DNA of 62,682 nucleotides, filler included, from Sphacelaria rigidula (lineage: Eukaryota): NCBI GenBank assembly GCA_964200075.2. It is 11 parts of 11 records of this genome, joined end to end, with 100 filler letters (N's around TTAATTAATTAA, not from the genome) between each part and the next. Parts side by side here need not be neighbours in the genome. Positions count along the whole stretch, not along the records: positions 22,833 to 28,440 come from CAXNAA020025914.1; positions 28,541 to 34,147 come from CAXNAA020025915.1; positions 34,248 to 39,854 come from CAXNAA020025916.1; 8 more parts are not named here. One strand, 5' to 3'. The notes beneath the pieces were generated by a model. That model did no database searches. It had not been told where the DNA came from and saw only the letters and a program-made list of their open reading frames with translations. Shown here one piece after another: positions 23,598-35,992 of the stretch. Positions within the stretch are counted from its first letter, which is position 1; every line of letters begins with the position of its first letter. A program made the translations under genes and the position numbers.

Positions 23598-26500
23598 CAG
23601 GACAAACCAATAGCATCAGCAACAGTAACACTTCTCTCCGACAAGAACTAGTACGTTTCCGACGCTATTTGCACGCACTTTTTATGGCAAATTCTTTCGG
23701 CGCACGGTATATATGCGGCAAAGCTGAACTGCACCACGACGGTCGCACGAACTGTCGCGCTTTTCCACTCAATACGCTTACGCTTCTCTCACCCAGAGAA
23801 CAAGCGTTTGACACCCCGAGTGATTGGAAGGAATCGACAGTCACCAAGACGAAAGCTAACAACAAACGATCGACCAAAGTGATCGTGTGATACGATACCA
23901 AGGATTATCCACATCGACCAGTGGCCGCGCCTCCACCCCCCCCCTTCCAGACGCAGCCTCTCTGACATCGGGCCGTATGCAAGGAAGTACATTATCGCCT
24001 GAACACGTAGGCTGTCGCAACGACCGCGGGGGATTATTCAAAAACACGAATCGAGGCTGAATTTCCTCATCGCTCATGTTGGCTGTTGGTCGAGCCTCTC
24101 TCAAATGTGCCAACGATATCGATCGAGTATTGACACGCACATGGAGACCCCCTTGCACTTCGTAGCGCATCAACCAATGCACCAGTCTATCAGAAGTGCC
24201 GCAAAATATGATACACCTTGCGTTCAACACCATTGAACGACTGGAAGCGTAACAGAATCGTGCCAATTCACTCACTGAACCACCAAATGTCCCAACACAT
24301 GGGGCCGTCGTTCGAACAGCCCGCGAGCCGTCGACATGACAAAACCGAAACAGGCAATCTTCACACATTCGTTTCGCCGTCCTCACTAAACCGACAACCA
24401 AACCTGGCCGACGCATTGCCTGGCGCGGTCCGTTTTCAACGATCATACCCCATCCTTCAAAATCATACCAAAGTCACAAAATTGTGTTCCGTATATCCAC
24501 TGTACGAAGTATATTCGTTGTTTCCCTCCAAACTGAACATAAGCCCGATGTCTTATCTGGTAAATCTCCACGCAATCCCAGTCCTTCATCAAGGCTGAAC
24601 ACGGAGGATAAAGACAACACATGGAAGGAGCTGAAACCCTTGAATTCAACAAAAACAGCAGGGCGGAAAAGAGCAACTGTTTTCGGACGAGTCTAACGTT
24701 TCCGACCGGGAGAGCGATGGCGGATACCCTCGTTCTCTATCCCCGCCTCCGTCAACACTTCCAACTCCCCAGAGGTCGCACATCCGCTAGAGCCTCGCTT
24801 ACGTGGAACGTCGCTCGGAATAGGGGTGTGGCTGGCCGCAGTGCCACAGAAGAAGCGCGAGGGTTCTTTTGGCGTCTGAGCGTCACCTGTCCATGTCGTG
24901 TTCGGTTCTAGTTCAAGAACAGACGAACAGAAAAGTGGTAAAAATGGACAATGACGGATGTTGGAGGTGCTGTGGACATACATCACACGTGAAGGAGATT
25001 GAACTCGTGAGATATCGCTCAGCTTAAGGGAATGACTGGCTGTACAACCAAGCGACAAGATGGTATTTCGTACGCCACGCCCCCGTGGAAATGATTTCCA
25101 TGAGGACACGTTCGTTATACGTTTGAGGCGCGAAAATGCCCTTGACTTGATATTACACTCATCGTCTTCTGGTACGTATTTAAGGTTCTCTCATCTTTCT
25201 GGCAGCTTCGGAAACCCATGCCCGCATCCACAGTACCCTTACGCACTCATAACGCTGAGGGAGCAACGGCAGATCCCCGAAATTCTCCAGCTGACGAAAT
25301 ACACCCTTACAAAGAGTTAAGCTAAGCTAAGAAATGAGTAATTAAATATGTTCATTGATATCTCAGTGTCTAATCGAACACTGTCATCGATCTACTCAAT
25401 AAAATTCGCCTGGCATAGGTTACATGGAAGCTACAGGCAAGATCTAGCCGCCGGGTGCCAGCGGAATAGCCCGTATACGATACTTGTGGGCAGGGTCTGG
25501 TTTCCGTCGATGAAGGCGTGACGACGTGAAGAGCAAAACAGTTTTGTTTTGGCGAGAGTCGACAGGTTGCGGAAATGCTGGTGATCATGATCCAATTCTC
25601 GAATTCAAGCTTTCAGGCAGGGAACCAGAGGACAGATGGGCTTATACAGTCTCTCGAAGGTTTGAATTTATCCCGAGGAAAAGGTGGTCTCAAACGTATG
25701 GCAAGTAAAGAGGGAACGGGAATATGTTGCCTGCAATATCAACACCACCACGACGTCCAAATATGAGCGTTGGGAACATATTTGTGCGCGTGTCGTAGTA
25801 CTTCAGTACGTGGACGACCTGCCAGCATTTGACTTTACATTCAAATTTCGGTAATTATCTGGAATATGCAAGCCTTTGTGCAGCAGGCAAAGCCATGGCA
25901 TGTACTCGCATGTCTCACCTACTGAATCCGTACTGTCGCCACCCATGAACGCCCCCCCTGCGCTGTCTCCAAAGTACAACGGTCCCAGGGTGCGGGCACT
26001 GCCTGGTTGCGTTCGTAGCCCCCTGGTACAAGCAATCTCATCCCACGTACCGGCGCCGTTCCCCGCGGCCTGCAGCTTTGGTGAAAGAGTCCACTCATCG
26101 CGCGCTCGACCTCTGGATGATGACCTGTATGATTAGCAGAGATACTTATCAACGATACTAACCTGAACTAGTCTCTCATTTGGAAATATGATGTGCGATG
26201 CATGTCGGATGCGATTATTCGTGTTTGGCCCTCAATGACGTATAAAATATACAGAATAGCTCAGAATAATCTTTTCCAATATGTATATATATATACTGTT
26301 TGTTGCTTTTTTGTTTTCCTCCGTCCTTTTCCTGCTTTTAGTTCTTCTCGAGGTTTCCCTCCAGCAAGTGTTTGAACCATGCATACCAACTTTTTTTACG
26401 AGCATCCTGAGGCCACGGCCGGACTCGTGACGGACTACAGACCGTGAAAGAACATAGCAATAAAATCATCAATCAATCAATCTCCAAGGACGGAAAAGAA

Positions 26501-27399
26501 AACCTGTTACGATACGACAAATTGAGGTGTATGGACTTCTATGTACACATTCCAGCGTTTGACGGTGGGAACTGAATGCGCACTCGTATTCTGAAGCCAT
26601 ACCGCACTACTCTGTCGAGGAAAATACCTCGGAATCAGTCCTGGATCTACCTTGTTGTTTTTCTTGTTATTCTCTTTTCCTTTCCTTTTCTTTCTTCTCC
26701 TCTTCGTCCATTTCCTTTCCTTCACGTCAATACCCTTTTCCTTTTCTTTTTTCATTGTCCTCTGTTTTTTCCTCTCTTTGTCTCACATTTCTCCTTCCTC
26801 CAGTTTCCTTCAGCGAGTGTTTCTGGTCACTTACCTCGCCTATGCCTGTCTTGTGGCTACGGCTGGATTCCTAGCGGATCAGCTAATTCGCGACAGTTAG
26901 TCAACCAATCAATCCCCCTGTGTGCAGGCGTATGATGGGGTACGTTTCACCCCTCGACCACGACGTATCGCCCTCAATTACGGAGGATACCCTCCCCCCC
27001 CCCGTCAGCGACAGCCTTTTCGACCTCAATTGTGTCAGGGACGACGGCGCTAGTGTCGCCGAGGGCTTAGGCGCTATAAGGACATTTCATTGCTTGCTGT
27101 TCACGCACGAGGTCTTGTGGTGATGCAAGGGTGCAAGGGCCTCTCTGTCCGGAGAATCGGTGCTGAAAAGCTCTGTTGCCGAGGGGCGTCGTCGCCTGTA
27201 AAACTCCACGGCCGAACTGTTGAACGTTTTCACACGTCGGACAGGTCATGAGCTACCTGAATATCACTTCTTAGTATAGACTACTGATGCGGATCATGAG
27301 CTAGCTCATTTGGCCACTCTTTCCGTGTTAGCTCCCAACAGCGATGGCCGTCGAGCACGCCGTGTAGCGAGAGGGTAACGCCTTGGCTTCTCGAACACT

Positions 27400-27883
27400 G
27401 AGTCATGCTACGATAGGGGGGGGGGGAGGGGCGTATTAATTTGTTGCTTGCCTTAGTCGTTCGACCATTGACCACGCATCCCTTTCGAGACGCGGGAGGC
27501 GTACTCATTTGTTGCTTGCCTCAGTCGTTTGACCATTGACCACGCATTCCTTTCGAGACGGAGCAGGGGGGGCGTACTCATTTGTTGCTTGCCTTAGTCA
27601 TTTGACCATTGACCACGCATCCCTTTCGAGACGGAGTACGGAGCAGGGGAGGGGGGTATTTTTCGCCGTTTTCTTCCACGAAATTCTACTTCAATAACCG
27701 TTGAAAGCGGCCAACAATTTTTCGAACGCGCTTGCTTCCGATCAAAAATGCTCATTCATCTTGCTGTACACCGCTTTTATCCAAATACAAGCGCACCGCG
27801 GGTGTTTTAGGTCGTTTGACGCATCTATAAGCCCAGTTTTTCGTGGAATCGAACGCCCCCCCCCTCCTACCGTAGCATGGCTA
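27400..27883. mobile_element. GAG-terminus MITE with 4-bp TSD (CACT), Sola-like
   Basis: GAGTCATGCTACGATAGGGGG ... CCCCCTCCTACCGTAGCATGGCTA, with CACT at 27396-27399 and 27884-27887. The same left end occurs at 28359 and 51174. Confidence 0.75.
27416..27655 (-). mobile_element. Three tandem family-A 3' stubs nested in the G-run of the MITE TIR
   Basis: Three copies of GCGTACTCATTTGTTGCTTGCCT(T/C)AGTC.TT.GACCATTGACCACGCAT.CCTTTCGAGACG, separated by G-rich spacers. Confidence 0.9.
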
Positions 27884-28358
27884 CACTGCTGTCACGTGTT
27901 TTATGTTTTTATACAATGGATCTAAGCGTTGTGTTCGATAAGTTACTACAGGTAGCTCATGAGCTGTCCAACGTGTGAAACTTCGCCTTCTCGCAGACGG
28001 GATGATTCAACGTGTGCCTCGACCTTTGTGCTTCTCGGAGCTCCTATCGCGCAAGTGACCGCGTAACGCGTACTTAAGGCTCGACGAACATATGTTTCAT
28101 GTCGGTTCTCGTCCCAGAGATTTGCCGATCTACGCTATCTCCCAAAACAAGATACCGAAACTTGTTACAACTGTCGTAATACCTACCCTGGCCACGACTT
28201 CAGATCCATTTTGTAGCAGCTGTACCCTGGTCAGCTATTCGGGAGACACATAATGTTTCACAGATATATGCAGTGGAGTATTGCGGAGCACAGCCTTCCA
28301 CATAAGCCACTGTATCCCGCACGTACATCGACCTCGGCAAGTGGTATTGACACAGTTA

Positions 28359-28440
28359 GAGTCATACTACGATAGAGGGGGGTGTACTCATGATCATGCA
28401 TGCCATAGTCATAAGACCATCGACCTCGCATCCCTACAAA
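28359..28440. mobile_element. GAG-MITE left end with a family-B insertion in its G-run
   Basis: GAGTCATACTACGATAGAGGGGGG is followed directly by TGTACTCATGATCATGCATGCCATAGTC. Confidence 0.8.
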
Positions 28441-29329
28441 NNNNNNNNNNNNNNNNNNNNNNNNNNNNNNNNNNNNNNNNNNNNTTAATTAATTAANNNN
28501 NNNNNNNNNNNNNNNNNNNNNNNNNNNNNNNNNNNNNNNNCCACGCTGCTGATGGTCAATGATCAAACAACTTAGGAATGTGGCGAATGAGAACGCCCCC
28601 CTCCCCTCCCCTGCCCCCCCCCACACACACGCTTCTGGAACGTAAGAATGCGTAGACCAGGCCATCATATGTAGTACCATTAATAGTAAAAGAAGTGATC
28701 GCGTATGACCGACAGTAGTGTTCTTCAGGGGTACTACTGACACAATCGTGTAAACCAGATCGAAGTTTTTCTTCAGTTCCTCGGCCGTTTTCTAGTTCGG
28801 ACAAAAGGGCTACACAGCGGATGCACCCCGAACACAGGGTGAAGCCCTCGCTCGTGGGAACATACCGTGTCTTGCTTGCCGATACGACGACATTCGACGA
28901 AGTTGCAGCAGTCTCATAGTCGGCCAATTGGCGAATTAGGTGCCTTTTCCATCACTTCCCCACGATGAGCATGTCATGGAATGCAATAAATTGGATGGGC
29001 GAGTTGCACTGAAAATCTCGCACGGCATATTTTCCCCCCGAGTAGCGGCTTCGATCCTTTTGCAGGGTGCCTTCACTGAATAGTCTATCGTGCAGGTCAC
29101 AAGTGCAGGAAGCTGCAATGTTATCTTCCGGGATCTACCATGTTGTTTACTGTACCACAGCGATATGACTATAAAAAGCGATGAAACATAGTCCCTCTGC
29201 TCCGAAGTCAACCTCCGTAAGCCGCACCGCTATGTACCGTTCAGTCGAGCACAACCAACACAAATGAACCTCGCACTCCAGAGAGAGTTGTGAACTCCAT
29301 AATTGAGCAAAATGAAGGACCTCGTTCAC

Positions 29330-29498
29330 CTCCACATCATCGATACTCCGAGCCATAGCGTCTCCACCGGGGGCGAGCGTGACATCCTCGGGCGCAACGG
29401 GAGCAAATGGGGTGGGGACGTCGGGGACTGGGGTGGCCGCCGGGGAGTCCGTGTTGGCAAGGTTTGCGACCAAGTTGGTGGGGATAGGAGCCAGCTCG
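29330..29498 (-). CDS. Probable exon of a Pro/Thr-rich protein
   Basis: CAG acceptor and GTGAAC donor; ELAPIPTNL..TPVPDVPTPFAPVAP. No family recognised. Confidence 0.35.
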
Positions 29499-29624
29499 CT
29501 GCCGAGAACAATATACACATGGACGGAAACATAAAAAGATGGGGCTTTGAGAGAACGCGCCGGTTTGTGGTGGATAGGCGTGTGTGGTGATTTTGTGGAC
29601 GCAAGATGGATACAGTTGCACATA

Positions 29625-30416
29625 CTTCCTCTGTCCCATAAGTCTGGTCGGTTATGTTTATACGAGCCCTTAACGTTGTCCGATCTGATTTTTAATGTTT
29701 TGTTTTCGATTTCTTCGCCGTTTTTTAGGTAGAACAACGTTTTTTGTTTTGCAGCACGCTGTTGAACCATGCGGCCGAACGGCCGCAAAAAAATCAGTCA
29801 GCCGAAAATGGCCGTAAGAAGGTGCTTGTTGACCTTCTTCAGCGCCGCCACCTTGGTGGGCGTGAGGAGCGACGGACGTCTAGTTTCTTGGGCTGTTCGA
29901 AAGGTCGACCTCCTGGGTAGCGTCCACGTGGGCTCTGGCGTTTTTCCACAATTTAGTCGGGTACTCGGGACCAACACCGTAGCGTTCGCAAATTGGCCCC
30001 AGTGAGCCCTTGGGCACCCTAGTCTTGCCCGGTGGAATAGCGAGCGTAACCTCCATCGCAATCGCATAGCGGCGACCCAATGGAAGTTCACCACCCGTTT
30101 TGCGAGGGGGGGGGGGGTACTCTGGGGCAAGTCCATCGTATTGTGATGTCTGTGGGCTAGATGTGGGGCGGTAATCACGAATTCAAACAAAAGTTATTCA
30201 AAACAAACTCAAGAAATATCTCATCAAAATTCTCAAAAATGGCCAAAATGGGGGATATTCTGACCTAATTTTAGTATTGAATAAGAACTTCTTTTTTTTA
30301 TCCGCTGCGTCCGCGTTTTATCTTTCTAAAGAACCCAACTATAGGGTAATCGCCAACACCGTTCCACCCAAACAAAAAATCTCCCATGACCGACCAGACT
30401 TATGGGACATAGGAAG
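29625..30416 (-). mobile_element. Internally deleted Tc1/mariner element with Stowaway-like TIRs
   Basis: TA|CTTCCTCTGTCCCATAAGTCTGGTCGGTTATG ... CATGACCGACCAGACTTATGGGACATAGGAAG|TA. A frameshifted N-terminal transposase remnant (RVPKGSLGPICERYGVGPEYPTKLW..VDLS../RPSLLTPTK) is present; no DDD domain seen. Confidence 0.85.
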
Positions 30417-31041
30417 TATGTATACACTTATATATACCTACAGCAGAAATACTAACGCGTGCATGCGGCCAGATTGTTTCAAGGTTGGGGAGAACATCGG
30501 TGAGGAAGCGGATTGTTCGGGTTGAGGTTAAAAATAATATAATGAGATATGCAGGAGCATTAATAATATCGAATCCCGCTGGAGGGCATTGAATCTATGT
30601 CGCATCTAACTTACGGCAGCTCCCCCGCTCCCCCCGTTGTTTTTTCGGGCCAAAACGGAAATCTTTCTGCATGGATCAAAACCAGCTGACAAGGACTTGA
30701 GGCACCTCAACCTGGATTGAGATGATTCACAATGACTACGACGTTGATTATTTTGCTGTCAAATCACCACCTCCACCGATTGTCCCCGGCCCGCCTTCCG
30801 CCTCCTTGAGCTGAATACAAGATATAAATATGGTGCCAAGTCAGGGGCGATCGTGCTTGACCATGCGATCGAGTTCTGCGTCATACTGGATGACCCCTGC
30901 TGGTATGCCAGTACTGTTGGTGAGTCTCATTTTCTAGGGTGCGTGTTGTAAACTCGCCTGCAGCCTTTCAAAACCTTGTCCGATCTGACCTCTTTTTGGG
31001 AACAAAAAACATACTAATTGGTTCTGAAAACATCTTCGTCA

Positions 31042-31043
<2 letters not shown>

Positions 31044-31077
<34 letters not shown>
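31044..31077. repeat. (TTA)n microsatellite
   Basis: Directly visible. Confidence 0.9.
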
Positions 31078-31079
<2 letters not shown>

Positions 31080-31545
31080 CCATCACATTAGCTCGATCTC
31101 TCGAACCCGTGGTCATTACAATCTTTATATTTTCCTTCCTGAGTTATCCTCTGCTTTCTGACGTACCAGAGAGAGAACAGGCGGATATAAATATTTTCAT
31201 TAGTCTGCGGTTTTCAGAAAGACAAACATATGTATGTATTAAAAGATAGGAAAGGCCAAAAGGGCGGCACAATGGATATATAATGACATTGTGTCATGCA
31301 TTCGCTGGAAATGGCCAACACTGCATTGGTGCCGCTACACCCCCCCTCTCCCCCCCCATCATCAAATTTCAAGTGCGGCGTATGAAAGCTGTGAGTATAG
31401 TCATGTGGATGAACCGTAGGTAAGATGGAGGAAACTGTCGTCAGGTGTCCCGGTTTGTGTGGGAGAATCGAGCAAAACGGCAACTCCAGCTTCGGGTGGA
31501 AACCTTGGACATTCCTTCTTGTATTTCAGCACCCACAACATCGTT

Positions 31546-31860
31546 GGGGGGCGAGGGACGGTGTACTGATGATCTTGAATGCCGTAGTCATGTGACTATT
31601 TACCTCGCACCCCTACAAAACCGGGAAAGAGCACGGCGGGTTTTCGCCGGACCAGGTTACCGATCAATCCTCGAGCGCGAAGCGCCGTGCATGTGTTCGG
31701 CGAGCCGCGTGAAGGTTGAGCTGCTTCCTGCTGAGATTGTTCGGCCCAAAGCGTACTGATTATTTTGCATATGAATGACAGCCTCCGATGAGTTGCCTCC
31801 TTTCTGGCATCGCCACTTCCAGGGACAGCCACGGCTTACACACTGCCTCACGTGTGTCTC
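31546..31860 (-). mobile_element. Retroposon family B 3' fragment (~300 bp)
   Basis: Collinear with 3418-3677 and 45200-45480; G-rich flank at its 3' end. Confidence 0.75.
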
Positions 31861-34247
31861 ACGTTCTAGACACTACGTAGTATGGTCACCCCCTTCGCGC
31901 GGAATTGAGGTTCTCTCGCCCGGCACAACATGATCTAGCTCGACCACGATCATGGTTACCGCAAAAAAAACACAAGCGCGCAATAGCAATCGGAAACCTG
32001 GTTGCCTAGCTTATGCAGGTAGTGGCGTGTTTTACAGCGTCATGGCCAACAGACGTTAAGCTCATAGGTGGTCGATCCTTACAAAGCCGGGACGGAGCAC
32101 GCCGGATTTTAGCCGGCCCAGGGGAGGGGGGAAGGGGGCTGTTCGGAAGTTATGATGAAAGGTTTTCAAACCCGAAAGACTACGCTACAGAAGAAAACAC
32201 TTCGACCGCCAAGGCGGCTCATCTGTTGAATCGGCGATTTTGTCAACCAACAATGCCTTCAAGACCTCGGCAGTGAAAGGGATGGTGACGACTCCCAAGC
32301 CTAGCTCATTGAACATTTTTGTGCTTGAGTTTACGCCGCCGACCAGATCCACCGACATCTGTGGCGAAATAATTTGAGTTTTTCAGGAAGGATTATGACC
32401 TCAGCTTTGGAACAAATCTGTCCACGATGTTGGAGGTAAATGACCGAATGCAAGAGACGTCAAACAAAAAGCCCCGCCGCACAGGAATGTAAGCAGGTTT
32501 CACCCGAGTATTCATTCATGTGCCTAGCATTCATATTTCAAAATGAAAATTTAAGTATACTGCCATGAAGGGGTAACCGCGTGACCCGTGCTCTCTTGAA
32601 TGCTAGTTTTTCGAGGATCACGCTTCTGTCTGGTCATAAAAACAAGTATTGAGAAACTCTGAGTGGTCTCTTGTCCATGCGATCCGGTGCATGATTTGGG
32701 GTTCGGTGTTTAGTGAGCAATGCGTTTCCAGAAACGGCCCTTCTAGCATCGATGGGAATGGAAGATATTTCATGTTGTTCGACTGACACCGCATGATCTC
32801 TGCCGCTACATCGAGCATACGCTTGCGACAAAATACGTTGAAGAATTTCAGTCTAAAGCCATGCTACAGGAAATTGTCCTCTTCACTAGCAAAAATGAAC
32901 TCGATCTTTCACGGCGCATTTTGACACCGTTACTATTTTTCATTGAAAACATGGCCTGCTCTCTCGTTATCGCGTGCCCGGGTTCAAGATGCTTCAATAT
33001 AATTGGTGCGCAATCGAGGACTGCCCTCTGCATCGAGAAAGACGGCTGCGCTAGCGTGTGTGAAATAACCTCTAGCCACATGGTAACACGCGACCACTTG
33101 GAGAGGGATGATCAAAACTGGCAGACCAACGCTAATTTTGGGCGAGTTTGTGTAGCTTCAAGTCCGGACGACAGGGTTTTTCTCCCTGTTTCCCGCTGTC
33201 CGGAAATCAAAAGCGGAAAATTGCACGAAACAGTATTGAACTAAAGTCGGCCGATCCACGACTCAACATGGCAGATCCTATTGAGCGGGGGGTCGATATA
33301 GTCGGTATATACCAGGGTGGGAATGGGTCAATCCCTCAAGCTTACTTATCGACTCGTCCCGATAACGGAGGGTCAGACTCAGACAACAGAACAGTATACA
33401 TATAAATATGTATGTCAGAATTTGTACTGCATGTGGACATTGAGTGTTTGTTCCTGCCCTCTATTTCCACAGAAGTCGGGTGAGCAATCACGTGCATTTT
33501 GTGTTAATGCATGGACGAATACTTGCAAATAGCATCGCAACGATGTTCCCGCAATCTTCGACGGTAACCGAACGGTATTTGTTTTGCGGTTCATGTACAT
33601 AGTAACACGGCGCATGCCACAATCGACCTGTCGCGAGTACTTCTGACCTAGAGGACGGTGCTGTGGCCGGAGTCGGTATAGCTTCCGAGTCCGTGGCGAG
33701 GTAATACGTGGTGTCAGACCCGTAGGTGGTGACGCTGCCCACCGTAAGTCCAGAGGTCGAGATCTGACAAGACACGAAGGCGGGGGCCAAGGCGAAGCAC
33801 ACCGGCAAAATACGGCACACGCACACCGACACGAGGTAGATGCGGTGATGATATCGGTATAGATAGATCCAAGCACCAGTCGCCCGACTCATAGATCATG
33901 GTTGAGGCTTTCACCATGATCCAGGAGCCGGTCCGCGCAGACGGGGAGTCAGTAGGACTCTCTTTATTTGCTTGACGATACTGCACGGTGTCAACACAGA
34001 GATGAGCCGCCAAAAAGCAAAACCCGACCGAGGTATAGAGCACGGACTGGCGTCGCGCCGAAGAGGACAGCACAAAGTCGAATTCTGGCGGCCTGGTATG
34101 AACATTATCAAAATACACTTCACAGGGCAGGAAGGGAAGGGGGGGGGNNNNNNNNNNNNNNNNNNNNNNNNNNNNNNNNNNNNNNNNNNNNTTAATTAAT
34201 TAANNNNNNNNNNNNNNNNNNNNNNNNNNNNNNNNNNNNNNNNNNNN

Positions 34248-34289
34248 AACCATGCACTTTTGGGGGGGGGGGCTATCGTAAAAAGTGTC
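34248..34289. mobile_element. End of a GAC-MITE inserted into the Gypsy 3' LTR
   Basis: AACCATGCACTTTT-Gn-CTATCGTAAAAAGTGTC abuts TTATCCAGAATCC, which lies mid-LTR in the 5' LTR copy. Confidence 0.75.
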
Positions 34290-34479
34290 TTATCCAGAAT
34301 CCTCCGGAATCCCCACGCCCCCATTCGTTATCCATACTATCACTACCAACCCAACGTGAACGGCGTATTTTCGTCACAGCACCCCCAAAGCGCGTTGGAC
34401 GAAAATCGATCAACAAGCTTGACACATAAAAAACGCCAAAACGGTAAGTTAGTCACAATTGAATACCAAACTCACTCGA

Positions 34480-35992
34480 AATGCGAGCAGCAACTCGGCA
34501 CGAGTCACGCGCAATTTACGTAACTCCTTCATAAGAAATTCCGGAGCGGCCTCAAAAATACCCTTGAAAGGCTCCCACGTACGCCCGTCACTTCGAAACC
34601 AACCCAGTCGACCAACACGATCAACGAACGATCGTCTGCTTTTGCCACTCGGACAATACCAGCCATCTGAAATTGCCCCTGATTGAAAGCGTGCTGGAAC
34701 ACGTCCTTAACGTCGGCCGTAACATTAAGCTACGATGCTGAATAGAAACGTAGACGAGCTGCATGGGCGGTCTGAACACGGCCCGAAACAATGTTTTCAA
34801 TCTCAAACACGTGCGGGTGGTGAGCACCCACCACTCTCCATAGACCAGTCCACGTCACCATCAACGTGGGCGTAACGCCCGGACGACGCACGCGTGCATA
34901 CAGGACATACTCGCCTACCTCAAAATTCGGCAGTTCGAGCCCCGACGATGACCCTTTACATCTACGCGCGCGTTCAGCGGCAACACGTGCTTGCACCAGA
35001 ACGTGGAAACATTCTTGAAAGTCTAGAACTTCTTGCAACGCACGCTTAATTTGAACATCGTCCAAAACATCACATTTCCACTCCCCCGCCGACGGAGATG
35101 CCAGCACCGAGAAAGACGTTCGAGGAGCACGACCAAACATCACGTGATACGGCGCACTATCGTAACGACGACGATACGCTGTATTGAGCACCCATTGCAC
35201 CGCACGCAACACGTCCACCCACGACACTTTCTACGATAGACCCCCCCCAAAACCAACCCAAAAGTGTCACGAACAAATTGGCCATACAACGCCTGATGTT
35301 TGGGGTCAGACTGCATGAAGCGCCTCATATTGGCAACATTGGCGAGAACGAGTCCAACCGTGGAAATTGCCAGCTGCTCGTTGTGCTCGGCTTTTCCCAT
35401 GTCGATTTACAATTTTTTGCCTCCCAAAACCATGCACTTTTGGGAGGGGGGGAGGGGGGCTTTCGTAGAAAGAGTCCCACTCGGAAACCGCTATACACTG
35501 CTCGAGAAGAATAAAGCGGAGAGCACGAACTACTTCTTTGACCACGCGTTTGCACATGCCGTTAGACCACGGAGAACATGCCACCGCAAACTGGTGATCG
35601 ATGGGCAAAGCCTCTCGCAATCGGGCCAAGATCGCATTTTGAAATGCGTGGCGGTATCACTCACCCACACACGCGGCACCCCAAAAGCACTACTTTAGCA
35701 AAGATGTAGCAGTCGATTTAGCAGTACACACTGCTACTGGTTCCAGAGACACGAAGTTGCTCAAATCATCCATGATTACCAAAATGTATCGAAACCCAGC
35801 ATCCTCCGCCAAACCTTAGGAAGCTAGCGGGCCACTCTCGCCCAAGTACAAGAAGTCAAAATGGACGACTTCATCCGGGATGGTCCCTTGAACCGTTTTG
35901 CCGAGCGGGCGGGGAACAACATCGCCCGCCCTCGAACTAGCACAGCGAAGACACTGGCGGACGAATTCGCGCTCATGAGTTTATATCTCCTG
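34480..35992 (-). pseudogene. Gypsy integrase and chromodomain, disrupted
   Basis: HQFAVACSPWSNG, LNTAYRRRYDSAPYHVMFGRAP, WTGLWRVV (GPY/F-like) and VLVDWVGFE../RTWEPF. Split by the MITE at 35223-35476. Confidence 0.85.
35223..35476. mobile_element. Complete 254-bp GAC-terminus MITE with 4-bp TSD (CCAC)
   Basis: GACACTTTCTACGATAGACCCCCC ... GGGGGGCTTTCGTAGAAAGAGTC, with CCAC at 35219-35222 and 35477-35480. Removing it restores the integrase reading SEWVDVL. Confidence 0.92.

Noticed and set aside
25600..26136. Possible terminal exons on contig 5
   Set aside because: Splice-like sites exist, but there is no recognisable domain or confirmed phase chain.
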